From Leptospiraceae bacterium (GTDB lineage Bacteria; Spirochaetota; Leptospiria; Leptospirales; Leptonemataceae): 64,000 nucleotides of DNA. Shown in pieces: positions 26,171 through 36,884 of this stretch (its first letter is position 1; each line of letters begins with the position of its first letter). The stretch lies in assembly GCA_040217195.1 (NCBI GenBank), contig JAVJNR010000004.1, forward strand, positions 576,001-640,000, given 5' to 3'. The notes below the pieces were generated by a model. The model saw nothing but the letters and a program-made list of their open reading frames with translations. It searched no databases and was not told where the DNA came from. Position numbers and translations under genes: made by a program.

Positions 26171-28709
26171 CCTTTTCCCCTCCTGAACGCGAGCTCACCG
26201 GTTTTCGATCCGCATAATTTTTTGAAGCTTCGGTGGCTCCTTCGCCGCGATTGCTGAGCATCTTCTCTACCTGCGCCATGTTACGCAGTGCGGGATCGAA
26301 CCGGGGATCAATTTTGAGAGAACGCTGCAAACTAAGCAAAGCCTGATTGTATTCTTTCTGCTCAAAGAATAGAACGGCCAGATTATTGTGAGCATGATGA
26401 TTCGAAGGATCCAGTACCAGCACCCGATTAAAGTATTCCATTGCCTGGGCCTGGTTCTTTAGAAAGGCATTACAGTTTGCAGCCCGATAAATGGCCTGTC
26501 GATTGTTCCGTTCCAGATCTAAAACCTTTTCGTATTGCTTTAAGGCGCGGCTGTATTGCTTTTTCTTGTAAAGATGGTTGGCCTTCTCCATTAATTCCAG
26601 GATTTCCAGGGTTTCGCTGGAGCTTGCCATCTTTTGAACAATACTATCTCGAAGCGTTGCGGCTTGATGGTTTTCGGGTTCCAGCTGCAACGCTTTGTCC
26701 ACCAGATTCAATGCCCTCCTGGTCTGTTCCATACTATAATAGATGTCTGAAAGATTTAGTAAATTCAGAATGTTGTTCGGTTCCCGCAGGAGCAACCGCT
26801 CGCCAAAATCAGCCGCTTCATCGTATCGTTGTGCCAGGCGGCAGCTGTTGGATACTGCGTAGAGATATTCCTGATCTTCTGGCGCCAGGCTCACATATTC
26901 TTTAAAGCATTCTACAGCCTGATTGTAGTCTCCCCGATTGAAATACAGCCTTCCCACTGTCTTCAAGAGCTCTGGCAAATCCTTTCCATGATGTAAGAAG
27001 TGCTCGATCTTTGCCAGAGCTTCTTCCTCTCTTCCTTCTGCGATCAGTTCCTGGCTTTGCTCCATTCCTTCTCGCACAGGCATGGGAACCTGGGGCTGGA
27101 CCGTTTCCGGTACATTTTCCTTATAAGATATTCGAAGGAGGGAAAAGTCGTCCATCAATGTGAAATTCTTGCGTGTATAGTCTAGAATGCGCTGAATATT
27201 TCCGTCGCATAGCTCCACGTGCCTTAAGAATAGAAACTCATCTTCGTTAATACTTTCTGTGCCATTCGGCTTAACTGTGATCAGATCATCACGACCATCC
27301 GAGCCACAGATTATAACGTCCGCCGGGCTTAACTGAAAACTCTTTATTGCAATCTTTTCTTCTTCTCCAGGAACTCCTAGTTTTCGCAGCTCCAGTTCTT
27401 CTTCCAGAAAGGATGCCTGTCCCTGGCGATAGAGTACAGTGAACGGATGCTCGCAATTTAGAAAATACATGAAGCCGGTCTCTTCATCCACCAGACCCAT
27501 AACGATGGACATGTACATGGTACCATCAAAGGAAACGAAAATGTTCTGCAGATCTCTGTAGGTATCCCGTAGCCAGATTTCTGGATACTGGATGGACGAT
27601 TTGCCGAGCTTGGCCTGAATCAGAGTAGCGTTGAATGCCGCACCCAGCACCAGGGCACCGCCAGCGCCCTGAATGGACTTCCCCATGGCATCTGCATTTA
27701 GAAATACAGTATAGTTGCGCCCATCCAGGCGAATTGTATCGGTTATACAATAATCTCCACCGATTTCTGAATTCCATTTTCTAAAACTAAACTTCTTTTT
27801 CTGCTCAATAACGAATTCGCTGGAAATGAAGTTGCTGCGATTTTTATTTGTCTGCAACGGATGTGCCAGAAGCGAAGTGAGAAAATAATCCCCATCCTGC
27901 TGCACTTTCAGCGCACGTACTTGCTCCAGCGTTTCGTTCAACTCTTGAGTTCTTTGCTCTACCTTCTCTTCCAGATTGTTGGTAAAGTCCTGAATTCTAG
28001 CTGTCATAGTGTTAAAGGAAGAAGCAAGCTGGCCTATCTCATCTTTGCTTTCGATTTTGATGCGATGACTCAGGTCCCCACCGCCAATGATTGTAGCGCC
28101 TTCGCTGAGCGAAAGGATGGGCCTGGTGATAAGGATTGCGGTGGCTATGGCAATAACAATGGCTATAATAAAAATAACTCCTGCAACAATGAAGATGGTT
28201 CTGCGAGTTTGTTCGATTGGTTCGTAAACGCTGGCTTCGTCGAATTCGAACACTGCCTCCCCAACTCGAAGCTTCTGTCCCTTGTACTCAATAAAGATAG
28301 GATACACAAAGCGAAGCAAATCCGGATCTCCGTCAATTCGCTCCATCCTTAGTTCGTCGATTTGACGAAATTCTTCGAGCAGTTCCTGTTGTGCAGTCTG
28401 TCCTAGATGCTCTTTATGAAGATCCGCTACGAATTCACCATCCAGATTCAATACGTATGCATTGAGCAATCCGTTGACTCCGGCCTCGGATAAGCCCTGA
28501 ACGGCGGAACGGGTTCCATCGTAAGTAACATCAATCAACAACTCCTCGGTTGCAGAGGAGGCAATGTTGTGCGACAAATTTCGGCAAACCTCGAAAGTCT
28601 TATCAGTGACAACCTCCTGGTTTCGCAGAAGAACAATAAAAGAAAGGGGAAATACACTGAGGACTACAACCCCTGAAATCAGGAGAATCATCTTCATCTT
28701 TATTTTCAT
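26163..28709 (-). CDS. Membrane sensor PP2C/SpoIIE phosphatase (periplasmic domain, HAMP, SpoIIE, many TPRs)
   Basis: HAMP (KDEIGQLASSFNTM); EIGGD, NADAMGKS, SDGRDD and MDDFS motifs; long TPR tail. Confidence 0.9.
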   Translation of the reverse strand: MKIKMKMILLISGVVVLSVFPLSFIVLLRNQEVVTDKTFEVCRNLSHNIASSATEELLIDVTYDGTRSAVQGLSEAGVNGLLNAYVLNLDGEFVADLHKEHLGQTAQQELLEEFRQIDELRMERIDGDPDLLRFVYPIFIEYKGQKLRVGEAVFEFDEASVYEPIEQTRRTIFIVAGVIFIIAIVIAIATAILITRPILSLSEGATIIGGGDLSHRIKIESKDEIGQLASSFNTMTARIQDFTNNLEEKVEQRTQELNETLEQVRALKVQQDGDYFLTSLLAHPLQTNKNRSNFISSEFVIEQKKKFSFRKWNSEIGGDYCITDTIRLDGRNYTVFLNADAMGKSIQGAGGALVLGAAFNATLIQAKLGKSSIQYPEIWLRDTYRDLQNIFVSFDGTMYMSIVMGLVDEETGFMYFLNCEHPFTVLYRQGQASFLEEELELRKLGVPGEEEKIAIKSFQLSPADVIICGSDGRDDLITVKPNGTESINEDEFLFLRHVELCDGNIQRILDYTRKNFTLMDDFSLLRISYKENVPETVQPQVPMPVREGMEQSQELIAEGREEEALAKIEHFLHHGKDLPELLKTVGRLYFNRGDYNQAVECFKEYVSLAPEDQEYLYAVSNSCRLAQRYDEAADFGERLLLREPNNILNLLNLSDIYYSMEQTRRALNLVDKALQLEPENHQAATLRDSIVQKMASSSETLEILELMEKANHLYKKKQYSRALKQYEKVLDLERNNRQAIYRAANCNAFLKNQAQAMEYFNRVLVLDPSNHHAHNNLAVLFFEQKEYNQALLSLQRSLKIDPRFDPALRNMAQVEKMLSNRGEGATEASKNYADRKPVSSRSGGEKDA

Positions 28710-28871
28710 GCACTCACACTCCTGACCCGGTTCATTCTATTTGTATAGGTCGGGCCCCGCCATTCGAAACCTGATAACGGGCTTTTTTATAGGACGTGCT
28801 GAATGTGTTGCAAGAGTAATTTTAAAAGCCAGGAAGGCGACCAGGCACCTCTTTGCCAGAATTAGAAGTGA

Positions 28872-29540
28872 TTATGTAGCGGCAGGCTCTTCGTCTATCA
28901 TGTTGCCTTCAGGAATTCCGCCTCTGAGAAAGTTCGGATAAAACTCACGAAAGCCTTGCATGATTGTATCGAGTGGTAGGTCGGCATGCACTCCCCTGTC
29001 TTTCACGTATTCCATGAAGCGATTTCCTTTTTCGTCGTAGGACTGAAACATGGCATCGCTGGTTCCATCGAACTCAAGAGGGGCAACTCCATACTTTTTA
29101 CAGAGCTTTTTATCGAAGGTTGGTGTAGCCTTGATCCATTCATCCAGGTAGACCTCTGCAAATCCATGAAAGGCAAATACCTTGCTACCTAACTTCTCAA
29201 TAAAGCGCTGACTGGATAGATGATTCACTACATCGGCCAGACCAATTCTGGAAGGAACGCCTACAGCTCTTGCCAGGGAAGCGAACAGTACAGCTTTTGG
29301 GATACAGTAATTCTGTTTCCTTCCCAGAATATAGCTGGATTTGTACTGCTCTGGCTTCAAGCCAACACGGTAGGGATTGTACCCGATTTCATCCCGAACG
29401 TAATAATACGCGCGAATTACCGCTTCCCGGGGTTCCAGACCTTTCAAATTCTCCTCAACAAAGGACTGAATATCTGGATGATCGTAATCTAGAAAGTATG
29501 TGGATTGCAGGTACTCTTCCATAATGCAAGGTTCTGGCAT
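28872..29540 (-). CDS. Transglutaminase-like family protein
   Basis: VRDEIGYNPY, YCIPKAVLFASLARAVGVPSR and FHGFAEVYLDEWIKATP motifs. Confidence 0.85.
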   Translation of the reverse strand: MPEPCIMEEYLQSTYFLDYDHPDIQSFVEENLKGLEPREAVIRAYYYVRDEIGYNPYRVGLKPEQYKSSYILGRKQNYCIPKAVLFASLARAVGVPSRIGLADVVNHLSSQRFIEKLGSKVFAFHGFAEVYLDEWIKATPTFDKKLCKKYGVAPLEFDGTSDAMFQSYDEKGNRFMEYVKDRGVHADLPLDTIMQGFREFYPNFLRGGIPEGNMIDEEPAAT

Positions 29541-29585
29541 GAAAGCCGCTTGTCAACCGGCTAATTCCTCTCAATTTGCTCCTGC

Positions 29586-30020
29586 ATGAAATGGAATGGC
29601 TCGCTCTTATTTTGCCTGGTGCTAGCATTTTACGGCTGCGATTCGCAGGATTCACTATCCATAGAATCCTATATGCCCGTGCCTGTGAATCAACGAGTAG
29701 GTGCTGTGTATCTCACTCTTCAGAACAATACAGACCAGGATCTGCTTCTCCAGGGAGCCCGTACTCCAGCCGCTAAGAAAACGGAAATACACCAGACCAG
29801 TGTTTCAGAAGGCATAATGAAAATGGAGAAGATAAATCAGATTTCCGTTGATCCCGGCCAGTCTCTTGTTATGAAACCCGGAGGACTACATATTATGCTT
29901 TTGGATTTAAAGGAAGTACCGGAGCCAGGAAGTGAAATTGAATTGACTCTAATGTTTTCTGGCATGCCGGATAAGAGAATCCGAGTTCCCGTTGTTTCTC
30001 CGTCAGACATTGTGGAGTAA
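29586..30020 (+). CDS. Copper chaperone PCu(A)C lipoprotein
   Basis: GAVYLTLQN, TEIHQT...GIMKM and MKPGGLHIML motifs; lipobox FYG-C. Confidence 0.92.
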   Translation: MKWNGSLLFCLVLAFYGCDSQDSLSIESYMPVPVNQRVGAVYLTLQNNTDQDLLLQGARTPAAKKTEIHQTSVSEGIMKMEKINQISVDPGQSLVMKPGGLHIMLLDLKEVPEPGSEIELTLMFSGMPDKRIRVPVVSPSDIVE

Positions 30021-30086
30021 TACGGCCGGTTCGATAAAACTCAAAAAAAAGTATTCGCAACGGTAAGCGAATAAAGAGGCAGTTTC

Positions 30087-31073
30087 GTGGCAGAAAAGAA
30101 AAACAAAAAACTAAGAATCCTGTATGCGGCTGTAGCCCTGGGCCTCCTCTATTCTGGTATCGCCTGGTATTTTTCCAGTGTACTCATTGATTTTAGAACC
30201 AGGCCACTGGACGAAGATAGAACCAACCTCAAGATCTCCAGTCCGGAAGAATTCGGGCTTCGAAATGAGAAAGATTTTGAACTGGAATCCCAGGGAATTA
30301 TCTTGAAGGGCTGGTTCTATCCTGCTGGCGAAACCTCTCGGTGCGCTATCGTATATCATCATGGCTTTACCGGAACCCGCTACGGCGGAATGAAATATGC
30401 TCCTATGTTTGCTCAATTCGGCTGCGACCAGCTCTTCTATGATGCTAGAAAGCATGGAGAGAGTGGCGGTGAATATGGCACTTTCGGCTATCATGAAAAA
30501 CAAGATCTACTTAATGTTATCGATTGGTTAAAAAGGGAGCGCGGTCTAAGCGATCTGAATATCGCAATCATGGGAGAATCATTCGGGGCAGCCACTTCAT
30601 TGATGGCTGCTGGATTCTCCGGTAGAGAGTTTGCATTCCTTATTGCAGAATCTCCTTACAGCGATCTTCCGGGAATCGTAGCACAAAGAGGCCGCTCGGA
30701 TTATGGACCAGTCATAGAAATATTTATACCCGCAGCTTTCGCCCTGGCCAGGATTCGAGCAGACTTTGAGCCGGAACAAACGTCCGTTCTTCTAAAGGCT
30801 TCTGACATAAAAACTCCGGTTTTTCTGCTTCATTCCAGGCAGGATACATATACCGATTCCTCTAATTCCGCAGCAGTCCTTGATGCACTTACGGGTCTGT
30901 CCGAATCAGAGAAAGGTCTTTATTTTACGGACTGGGGTGCGAAGCATGCTCGATCCATTGACACCAACCGTGAGGAATTTACAAAACAGGTACAGGGATT
31001 CCTGGATAGAATCCAGGCAGGCAAGCGGCTGTCAGGAATTGATACAACGACGGATGCCATCAGTGATCACTAG
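30087..31073 (+). CDS. Membrane-anchored alpha/beta hydrolase
   Basis: HHGF, DARKHGESGG, GESFG nucleophile, HSRQD and AKHA motifs. Confidence 0.88.
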   Translation: MAEKKNKKLRILYAAVALGLLYSGIAWYFSSVLIDFRTRPLDEDRTNLKISSPEEFGLRNEKDFELESQGIILKGWFYPAGETSRCAIVYHHGFTGTRYGGMKYAPMFAQFGCDQLFYDARKHGESGGEYGTFGYHEKQDLLNVIDWLKRERGLSDLNIAIMGESFGAATSLMAAGFSGREFAFLIAESPYSDLPGIVAQRGRSDYGPVIEIFIPAAFALARIRADFEPEQTSVLLKASDIKTPVFLLHSRQDTYTDSSNSAAVLDALTGLSESEKGLYFTDWGAKHARSIDTNREEFTKQVQGFLDRIQAGKRLSGIDTTTDAISDH

Positions 31074-31647
31074 ATATAAAAAAGAGAGAATTGGCCAAAC
31101 TGCCATGCTAGTTCTGACTGCAATTCTTATGAGTAGTTTGCTTCTGGTTTCAAACTGTAAACCATCTCCATTGAAGGAACTGGGCACTGTAGAATCATTT
31201 TCGCTTCAGGATACAAAGGGCAATCAGATCGAATGGAAACAATTTCGCGGAGAACCGGTGCTCGTTTTCTTCGGATACACCTATTGCCCGGATTTTTGTC
31301 CAATGACCATGCACAAGGTTCAGAAAGCCTATGAGTCCATGGGATCACCTCAGGATTGGCCCAGACTGATATTCATTAGCGTGGATCCCCGGCGGGATAC
31401 ACCTGCTTTGCTGGCTGACTATATGGGAAAATTCAGCTTTCCATCAATAGCACTTACCGGACCTGAAGAAAAACTCAGAGTAGCAGCCCGGAGGTTTGGA
31501 GTTACATTCTATGAGGATCCGGAAAATCCGGAGCTAATGCAACATTCCCCGGTTCTATTCGTGATTGATGAGCAGGCACAAATTCGTTATCTTTTCAAAT
31601 TCTCCCAGACCTCTGAAGAGTTAGAAAAGATTGTCGACGCACTATAA
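31054..31647 (+). CDS. SCO1/SenC-family copper chaperone (start 31054 or 31105; the track ORF from 30880 is over-extended)
   Basis: FFGYTYCPDFCP and FISVDPRRDT motifs; His in MQHS. Confidence 0.92.
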   Translation: MPSVITRYKKERIGQTAMLVLTAILMSSLLLVSNCKPSPLKELGTVESFSLQDTKGNQIEWKQFRGEPVLVFFGYTYCPDFCPMTMHKVQKAYESMGSPQDWPRLIFISVDPRRDTPALLADYMGKFSFPSIALTGPEEKLRVAARRFGVTFYEDPENPELMQHSPVLFVIDEQAQIRYLFKFSQTSEELEKIVDAL

Positions 31648-31736
31648 GTCTTCAGAGGCTATCTAGCCCTGAATCGCATATTCGCCCGGGTTCGATTTCG
31701 CTTTTTGAGCGCACATTCATGGAGAGCTTCATTGGT

Positions 31737-33845
31737 CTAATCGCTACCCATCCTGGCCAGGTACATCTCTGCAACACTGTCGGCCGGATTTTCGCGTAAC
31801 ACCTCCTGCATATGCTGGCGACACTCCAGGACTTTACCTTCCAGAGCAGCCTGTACGCCCATTTCAAAGGATTGTCTGGTGCGAAAAAAGAGATCCAGAA
31901 TCCATTGAGGCTGACCGTCCAGCACCTCATAGACTCTCAGGGGCGCTTCCTTTCCCTTCACTTCCATCTTATCCAGGAGTCTGGTATGATAGTTTTCCGG
32001 TGATTTCAATGCCCGGTAGAATTGTTCACTGATTAAAATGGGACTTCCAAAATCCCGGGTCAGACGCTCTATTCTGGAGGCTGTATTCACTGCATCGGAA
32101 ATCACTGTGGATTCCATTCGGTCTTCAGATCCAATGGTACCTAACATTAGCCTTCCATGATGAAGTCCAATGCCCACTTTTATGGGATCGAAGCTCTGCT
32201 TCTGTCTATGCTGATTGAAAATTCGAACTTCCTCCTGGATTCTGATAGCGGACTGCAGAGCCTGCTCCGGCGGGCCCGCAAATAGAGCCATGATGGCATC
32301 TCCAATATATTTATCTACGAATCCACCGTGTTCGGTAATACAGGGGACCACCCCTTTTAGATAAGCATTGAGGAACTGAAAGTTTTCTTTCGGGCTCATC
32401 TTCTCAGAAAGATTGGTAAATGCGCGAATATCAGTAAAAAGAATACTCATCTCCGATTCAATCTGATCGCCCAGACGAACATCGCGAATGTCGGTGCGAT
32501 TTAGATGATTCAAAAAATCGGTGGGAACGAATCGAGCATAGGCCTGATTTGTTTCCAGCAATGTATCGCTAAGGCTTTTGCTCTGGCGAAATGCCATGGA
32601 AAAAATCCTGGCAAGCAAATAAGACTGAGCCAGAAGAAACACAATCAAACCGAATCCAGCCAGGTTCCCGATTGTGGTGATATACACTTCGCTTGCATAG
32701 AGCATATCATGAATGGCTGTCAGAGCGAAAATAGTGCCACCTAACAGGGAAGCTACCGCTCCCGGATGGTGGCGCCTGATTGCCCGTATCCAGAGAATAA
32801 TACCGAGAATCAGACAGAGCGCAAAGAAAACGAAAAAATAGACCAGAGTAAGCGAATAGACGCCTACAGGAAAAAACAGTACGGCCAGGCCAAAGATGGT
32901 TGCTGGTGCCCAGACCATAAATGGCAAAATGCTTTTCCAGGGATCATCCAGAGCCAAAAGCAAAAATGTGATGAATGCAGGAACCGCAAGATAGAACGAT
33001 AGGAATTCTAACTTTCGCATGAATTCGAATCCGATTTCCGGATAGAGAAATTCAACCAGGTGCTCGCCAGTGGAGGCCACCCGCACAGCAATAATCAGAC
33101 ATACTATGGAAAAGGCCAGGGAGGACAAATCTTCCCGGCGACTCAGAAAGAGGGCCAGGTGATACAATCCTATAGCCAGGATTGCCGACATGGTAAAAAC
33201 ATCAAAAATCAATCGTCCGAGCCACAGACGTCGAATATCTTCCTGCTTGCCCAGAAAGAATGGATTCCACATTCCTCCGCTGCGATCGGTGAAATTGGAA
33301 ATCTCAACCCGAATGTTAATTTCGCCATCGGCGCTGAGCGATTCCGGGATGTCCAATGGCTGAATAAAAAAGGCCGGTCGATGACTGCGAGAATCACTGC
33401 CTGCCTGCCCCGACTGTCCGATCAATCGCTCATCAACATAAACTTCCCAGGCCGTACCCTGCCTGGAGCTATAGAGTCCCAGAGCTCCCATCTGCTCGGG
33501 CAGTTTAATGGTCTTTGTATAAATACCTTTTCCGTAAGAGGGATACTTGCCTCCCTTCCAGGTCTGATTGTTCCAGGCACCCGGGACCTGAATTGTGCGA
33601 ATCTCATCTGGCTGGCCGGACCAGCGAAAGCTCCAGGGCCCATCCAACTGAACAGGTTCTGCAAAGTCCAGGGATGGAGCCTCTTGAGTAGCTGGAATTT
33701 TCGCTTCGCCACAGCTCGAGGCACAAAGAAGCATGATAACTAACAATGGACCGGCTACTGCGTATTTCCCCGGCCAGGTTTTTCTGACCGAGCCCCTACC
33801 CCGCAGAGCTACATTGACATCTGCATAATTTGCCCGGATTTTCAT
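31737..33845 (-). CDS. Class III adenylate/guanylate cyclase with extracellular beta-sandwich and 7TM-DISM-like membrane domain
   Basis: FTDIRAFT, VDKYIGDAIMA, SDAVNTASRIE and VKGK motifs; about 7 TM segments; VPGAWN extracellular domain. Confidence 0.92.
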   Translation of the reverse strand: MKIRANYADVNVALRGRGSVRKTWPGKYAVAGPLLVIMLLCASSCGEAKIPATQEAPSLDFAEPVQLDGPWSFRWSGQPDEIRTIQVPGAWNNQTWKGGKYPSYGKGIYTKTIKLPEQMGALGLYSSRQGTAWEVYVDERLIGQSGQAGSDSRSHRPAFFIQPLDIPESLSADGEINIRVEISNFTDRSGGMWNPFFLGKQEDIRRLWLGRLIFDVFTMSAILAIGLYHLALFLSRREDLSSLAFSIVCLIIAVRVASTGEHLVEFLYPEIGFEFMRKLEFLSFYLAVPAFITFLLLALDDPWKSILPFMVWAPATIFGLAVLFFPVGVYSLTLVYFFVFFALCLILGIILWIRAIRRHHPGAVASLLGGTIFALTAIHDMLYASEVYITTIGNLAGFGLIVFLLAQSYLLARIFSMAFRQSKSLSDTLLETNQAYARFVPTDFLNHLNRTDIRDVRLGDQIESEMSILFTDIRAFTNLSEKMSPKENFQFLNAYLKGVVPCITEHGGFVDKYIGDAIMALFAGPPEQALQSAIRIQEEVRIFNQHRQKQSFDPIKVGIGLHHGRLMLGTIGSEDRMESTVISDAVNTASRIERLTRDFGSPILISEQFYRALKSPENYHTRLLDKMEVKGKEAPLRVYEVLDGQPQWILDLFFRTRQSFEMGVQAALEGKVLECRQHMQEVLRENPADSVAEMYLARMGSD

Positions 33846-33892
33846 TTATCAGCTTCCATCTTAGCGCGCCGATTAGAACCGAATGCCCGGTA

Positions 33893-34273
33893 CTACCGGG
33901 GATACGTATGCCCGTAAATGGTGGTCTTCATTGGAGTGATGATAATTGGCAGTATGGTAAGACCTAGAATACCCATGCAGTAGTTTTCTGCATCTACATT
34001 GGTTATCTCAAATTTCGCAGCGCCAATCTCCCTTGCCTTTTCGGTAAAGCTTTTCACGCTACCTTCCATAGAGGCATCCCCCCAGAATGGGAAGTAACCG
34101 CAGCCCAGATGGATGGCCCAGGTGGTTGTAGATTGAAAACTGGAAGGTCTTCCCGCCGGTGTAATCATTCCATTGCGCGACCAGCCCCGATCGACTGTGG
34201 TGCAGGCAACGAAGGAAGTGCCTATGAGAATTATTGAAAGCAGGCCTATAGTTGGCAATCTTAAGGATTTCAT
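33893..34273 (-). CDS. Small lipoprotein (TRL-like)
   Basis: MKSLRL...FVA-C; WGDAS motif; start at 34273 because the upstream part of the track ORF is a terminator hairpin. Confidence 0.6.
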   Translation of the reverse strand: MKSLRLPTIGLLSIILIGTSFVACTTVDRGWSRNGMITPAGRPSSFQSTTTWAIHLGCGYFPFWGDASMEGSVKSFTEKAREIGAAKFEITNVDAENYCMGILGLTILPIIITPMKTTIYGHTYPR

Positions 34274-34306
34274 GATACATGGGGAGAATTCGCCCGGACC
34301 ATGCCA

Positions 34307-34338
34307 AATAAAAAATGCCAGCCCGGAGGCTGGCATTT
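34307..34338 (-). terminator. Intrinsic terminator of the thiolase gene
   Basis: Perfect 11-bp stem AAATGCCAGCC-cgga-GGCTGGCATTT running into a T-tract on the minus strand. Confidence 0.75.
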
Positions 34339-34400
34339 GAAAAAGATTCCAATGGAATCTTCAGGTTTTGATCAGATGTTAATCAGATATTAATCCGATC

Positions 34401-35678
34401 TTAATCCGGCTTACCTATTACGAAGGTCATGTTGGTTGTAGCACTGCCGCCAATATTCAGCATCACACCATTTTTGGCACCTTCCACCTGGTATTCGCCG
34501 GCTTCACCAGTTACCTGCTTATTAATGTCCAGGGCCATTCGTACTCCAGAAGCGCCCACCGGATGACCGGCACCGATGAGTCCACCAGATGGATTGATTG
34601 GCTTGCCGCCTTTAAAATCAATCTTACCGTCTTCAATGGCCTGATATTCCTCTCCAGGACCGCTTATGCCAAAGGCAGAGATAGCTGCATATTCGCTGGA
34701 AGTGAAACAATCATGAGTCTCGATTACATCGATTTTATCCACATCCAGTTTAGCTCTGTCGTAGGCCTCTTTTACGGCCCGGCGAGTCCAGGGCAGAAGA
34801 TAGGGATCATCCTTGGACTCTTCCATTTTCTTATCGAAAAGAATGGGAGCGACTCGATGGCCCCAGCCCTTGATAACTGCATAGTCGGAGATCTTCTTGC
34901 CCTTTCTGGAAGCAAATTCCTTCGCATACCCGGGATTGGCAATAACCATCAATGCAGCACCGTCGGTTACTTGAGAGCAGTCGGTAATGGCCAGAACGCC
35001 TCCAACCTCTGCGTTAAAATCTCCGCCCCGGGTCTTTGCATGCTCGCCGCTCATGTACCAGCTTCTTGTCTGAGCTTTAGGGTTTCGTTTTGCATTCGCA
35101 TAGTTGATCCGGGAAATCTCTCCCAGGTCATCCATAATGCGAGATTCGCCAACAGACTTGCCATATCGCTGAAGGATATTGTCCGCCAGCTTGCCGAACA
35201 ACTTGGGAAAAGGAAAAGAAATTCCTTTGGCCTCTTTTTCATAGTAAGCTGCCGTTCCCAGGAAGTCCCCGCCAATTGCGGAGCTCACGGTTTTCATAAC
35301 TTCGATTCCCACCACCACTGCAACATCGTAGTCGCCGGCTCGCAGTTTGGTGTTGGCCGCATCCAGAGCCACGGAGCCAGAAGCGCAGGCTGCTTCATAA
35401 CGAGCTCCAGGCACACCATAGAATGCAGGATTCACTTCAGTCAGGAAGGCGCCCAGGTGACCCTGGCTTGCATACTGTTCGGCGTCAAAGTTACCTACGA
35501 AAACGCCGATGCGGTTTTCCTGATTTAACTTCTTGATTTCATCGTAGTCCAGCCCTGCCTGAGCCAGGCCATCGTCTACTACCTCACGCATCATGGACAT
35601 GAAGGTTTTTCCTTCCTTGCTCCAGTTACGGGCAAAATCCGTCTGGGCTCCGCCCAGGATAACGGTTTGATCTGACAT
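34401..35678 (-). CDS. Acetyl-CoA acetyltransferase (SCP2-type thiolase) with catalytic Cys
   Basis: [26 protein letters not shown] and [17 protein letters not shown] motifs. Confidence 0.92.
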   Translation of the reverse strand: MSDQTVILGGAQTDFARNWSKEGKTFMSMMREVVDDGLAQAGLDYDEIKKLNQENRIGVFVGNFDAEQYASQGHLGAFLTEVNPAFYGVPGARYEAACASGSVALDAANTKLRAGDYDVAVVVGIEVMKTVSSAIGGDFLGTAAYYEKEAKGISFPFPKLFGKLADNILQRYGKSVGESRIMDDLGEISRINYANAKRNPKAQTRSWYMSGEHAKTRGGDFNAEVGGVLAITDCSQVTDGAALMVIANPGYAKEFASRKGKKISDYAVIKGWGHRVAPILFDKKMEESKDDPYLLPWTRRAVKEAYDRAKLDVDKIDVIETHDCFTSSEYAAISAFGISGPGEEYQAIEDGKIDFKGGKPINPSGGLIGAGHPVGASGVRMALDINKQVTGEAGEYQVEGAKNGVMLNIGGSATTNMTFVIGKPD

Positions 35679-35882
35679 AAATGCTTCTCCTTTCTTTAGC
35701 TATGCCTCCACCCGAAAGCGGAAGCATCGGTCTCGAACTCATGCGTGGCTGCCACCACATTTGGGCTCGATTATCAGGTAACCAGGTCAGGGCCACACTG
35801 GCCATGAGCATTCTGGAACCGCTGAAACAGTTTTTTTACCGGTTCATGAGAGGCAAGAATAGTTTGGGAGGAGCCGCGCCCC

Positions 35883-36884
35883 TCAGAAATCCCGGGCCCC
35901 ATCCGTCCAGAAGCCTATGGCGCCGCATCCTCGCACCGGATCCAGAAGCTCTGGCATCCACTCTTTGATGGACGGACAATTTTCCGGGGTCTGGGCCAGA
36001 ACCTTGTATTGCTGACCATTGCTTATATAAAGATACTGCTCCCGGGGATCCTCCCCGGACCTCCGGTCCACAGGCAGAGTTGCAGGCACAACAGTACGAA
36101 TTTCAGGAATCCAGTCGGTTCCTGCTGCACCATCCGAATTAAAAAGCTCACCCTCCGAGCCTGGAAACCGGCCCCTGGCTTGCTGAAAGGTTTCCAGACC
36201 TATTCGGATTTTAATCAGATCTTCGACTCGCAGAAAATCGCTTCTGGAGGCCTGAGCCAAACCTTCCATCCTGGAGTAGGTCTGCGGATCCAGGACTGAT
36301 TTTAAAGGCTGCAGATGTTTTCTGGCAAATTTCTGATCTGGCTGAATTCTGTAGACTCGATAGCCTCCAAAAACTCCAAGAATTACCACTGCCAGGGTTA
36401 TCCATCCGATGCGACGCAGCCTTTGCATGTATCTATCCCTGGATGTAAGATAGGCCGGGCGGATTTCCTTCCATGATTGCTCCAGATAGTCCAATCTTGC
36501 GGCAGCCTGGCGCAATGCATCCGAAAGATGCGAAGTACTCTCACCGGATTCGGAGTAGAAGCTATGAAGCACTTTCAGATTTTCCGGGTTTCGGCTACGA
36601 AACTGTCTCTTGAGCTTCTCAAACAAATTCCCGGCTTTCTTCGATTCTCCGGGAATAGCACCGAGCTCTTGCATTCTGCTGGAGAGATGCTCCAGGTCCT
36701 TTTCCAGATATTCAGCCAGCAAGCGGCTGTCTCTCAGGGAAGAATCCGCAAGTGTCTCCACCGACTCCAGTCTCTGTCTTGCCCGGTTAATCCCATCTTC
36801 CAATTCTGCAGCCAGGGAGCTATTCCGGGCTTCCTCCTCGCTCAAAGAGGGAAATCCTGGCAGTAGTCTCTGTAATGATAGCAT
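35883..36884 (-). CDS. Hypothetical bitopic membrane protein: helical N-terminus, TM, pilin/GspG-like C-terminal domain
   Basis: 333-aa ORF; TM WITLAVVILGVFGGY; EDLIKIRIGLETFQQARGRFP...LPVD...QYLYISNG. Confidence 0.6.
   Translation of the reverse strand: MLSLQRLLPGFPSLSEEEARNSSLAAELEDGINRARQRLESVETLADSSLRDSRLLAEYLEKDLEHLSSRMQELGAIPGESKKAGNLFEKLKRQFRSRNPENLKVLHSFYSESGESTSHLSDALRQAAARLDYLEQSWKEIRPAYLTSRDRYMQRLRRIGWITLAVVILGVFGGYRVYRIQPDQKFARKHLQPLKSVLDPQTYSRMEGLAQASRSDFLRVEDLIKIRIGLETFQQARGRFPGSEGELFNSDGAAGTDWIPEIRTVVPATLPVDRRSGEDPREQYLYISNGQQYKVLAQTPENCPSIKEWMPELLDPVRGCGAIGFWTDGARDF

Noticed and set aside
34563..35528. 321-aa plus-strand ORF and similar long shadow ORFs (33060-33743, 48974-49744, 51479-52060)
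   Set aside because: Antisense to well-supported genes, with no recognisable motifs
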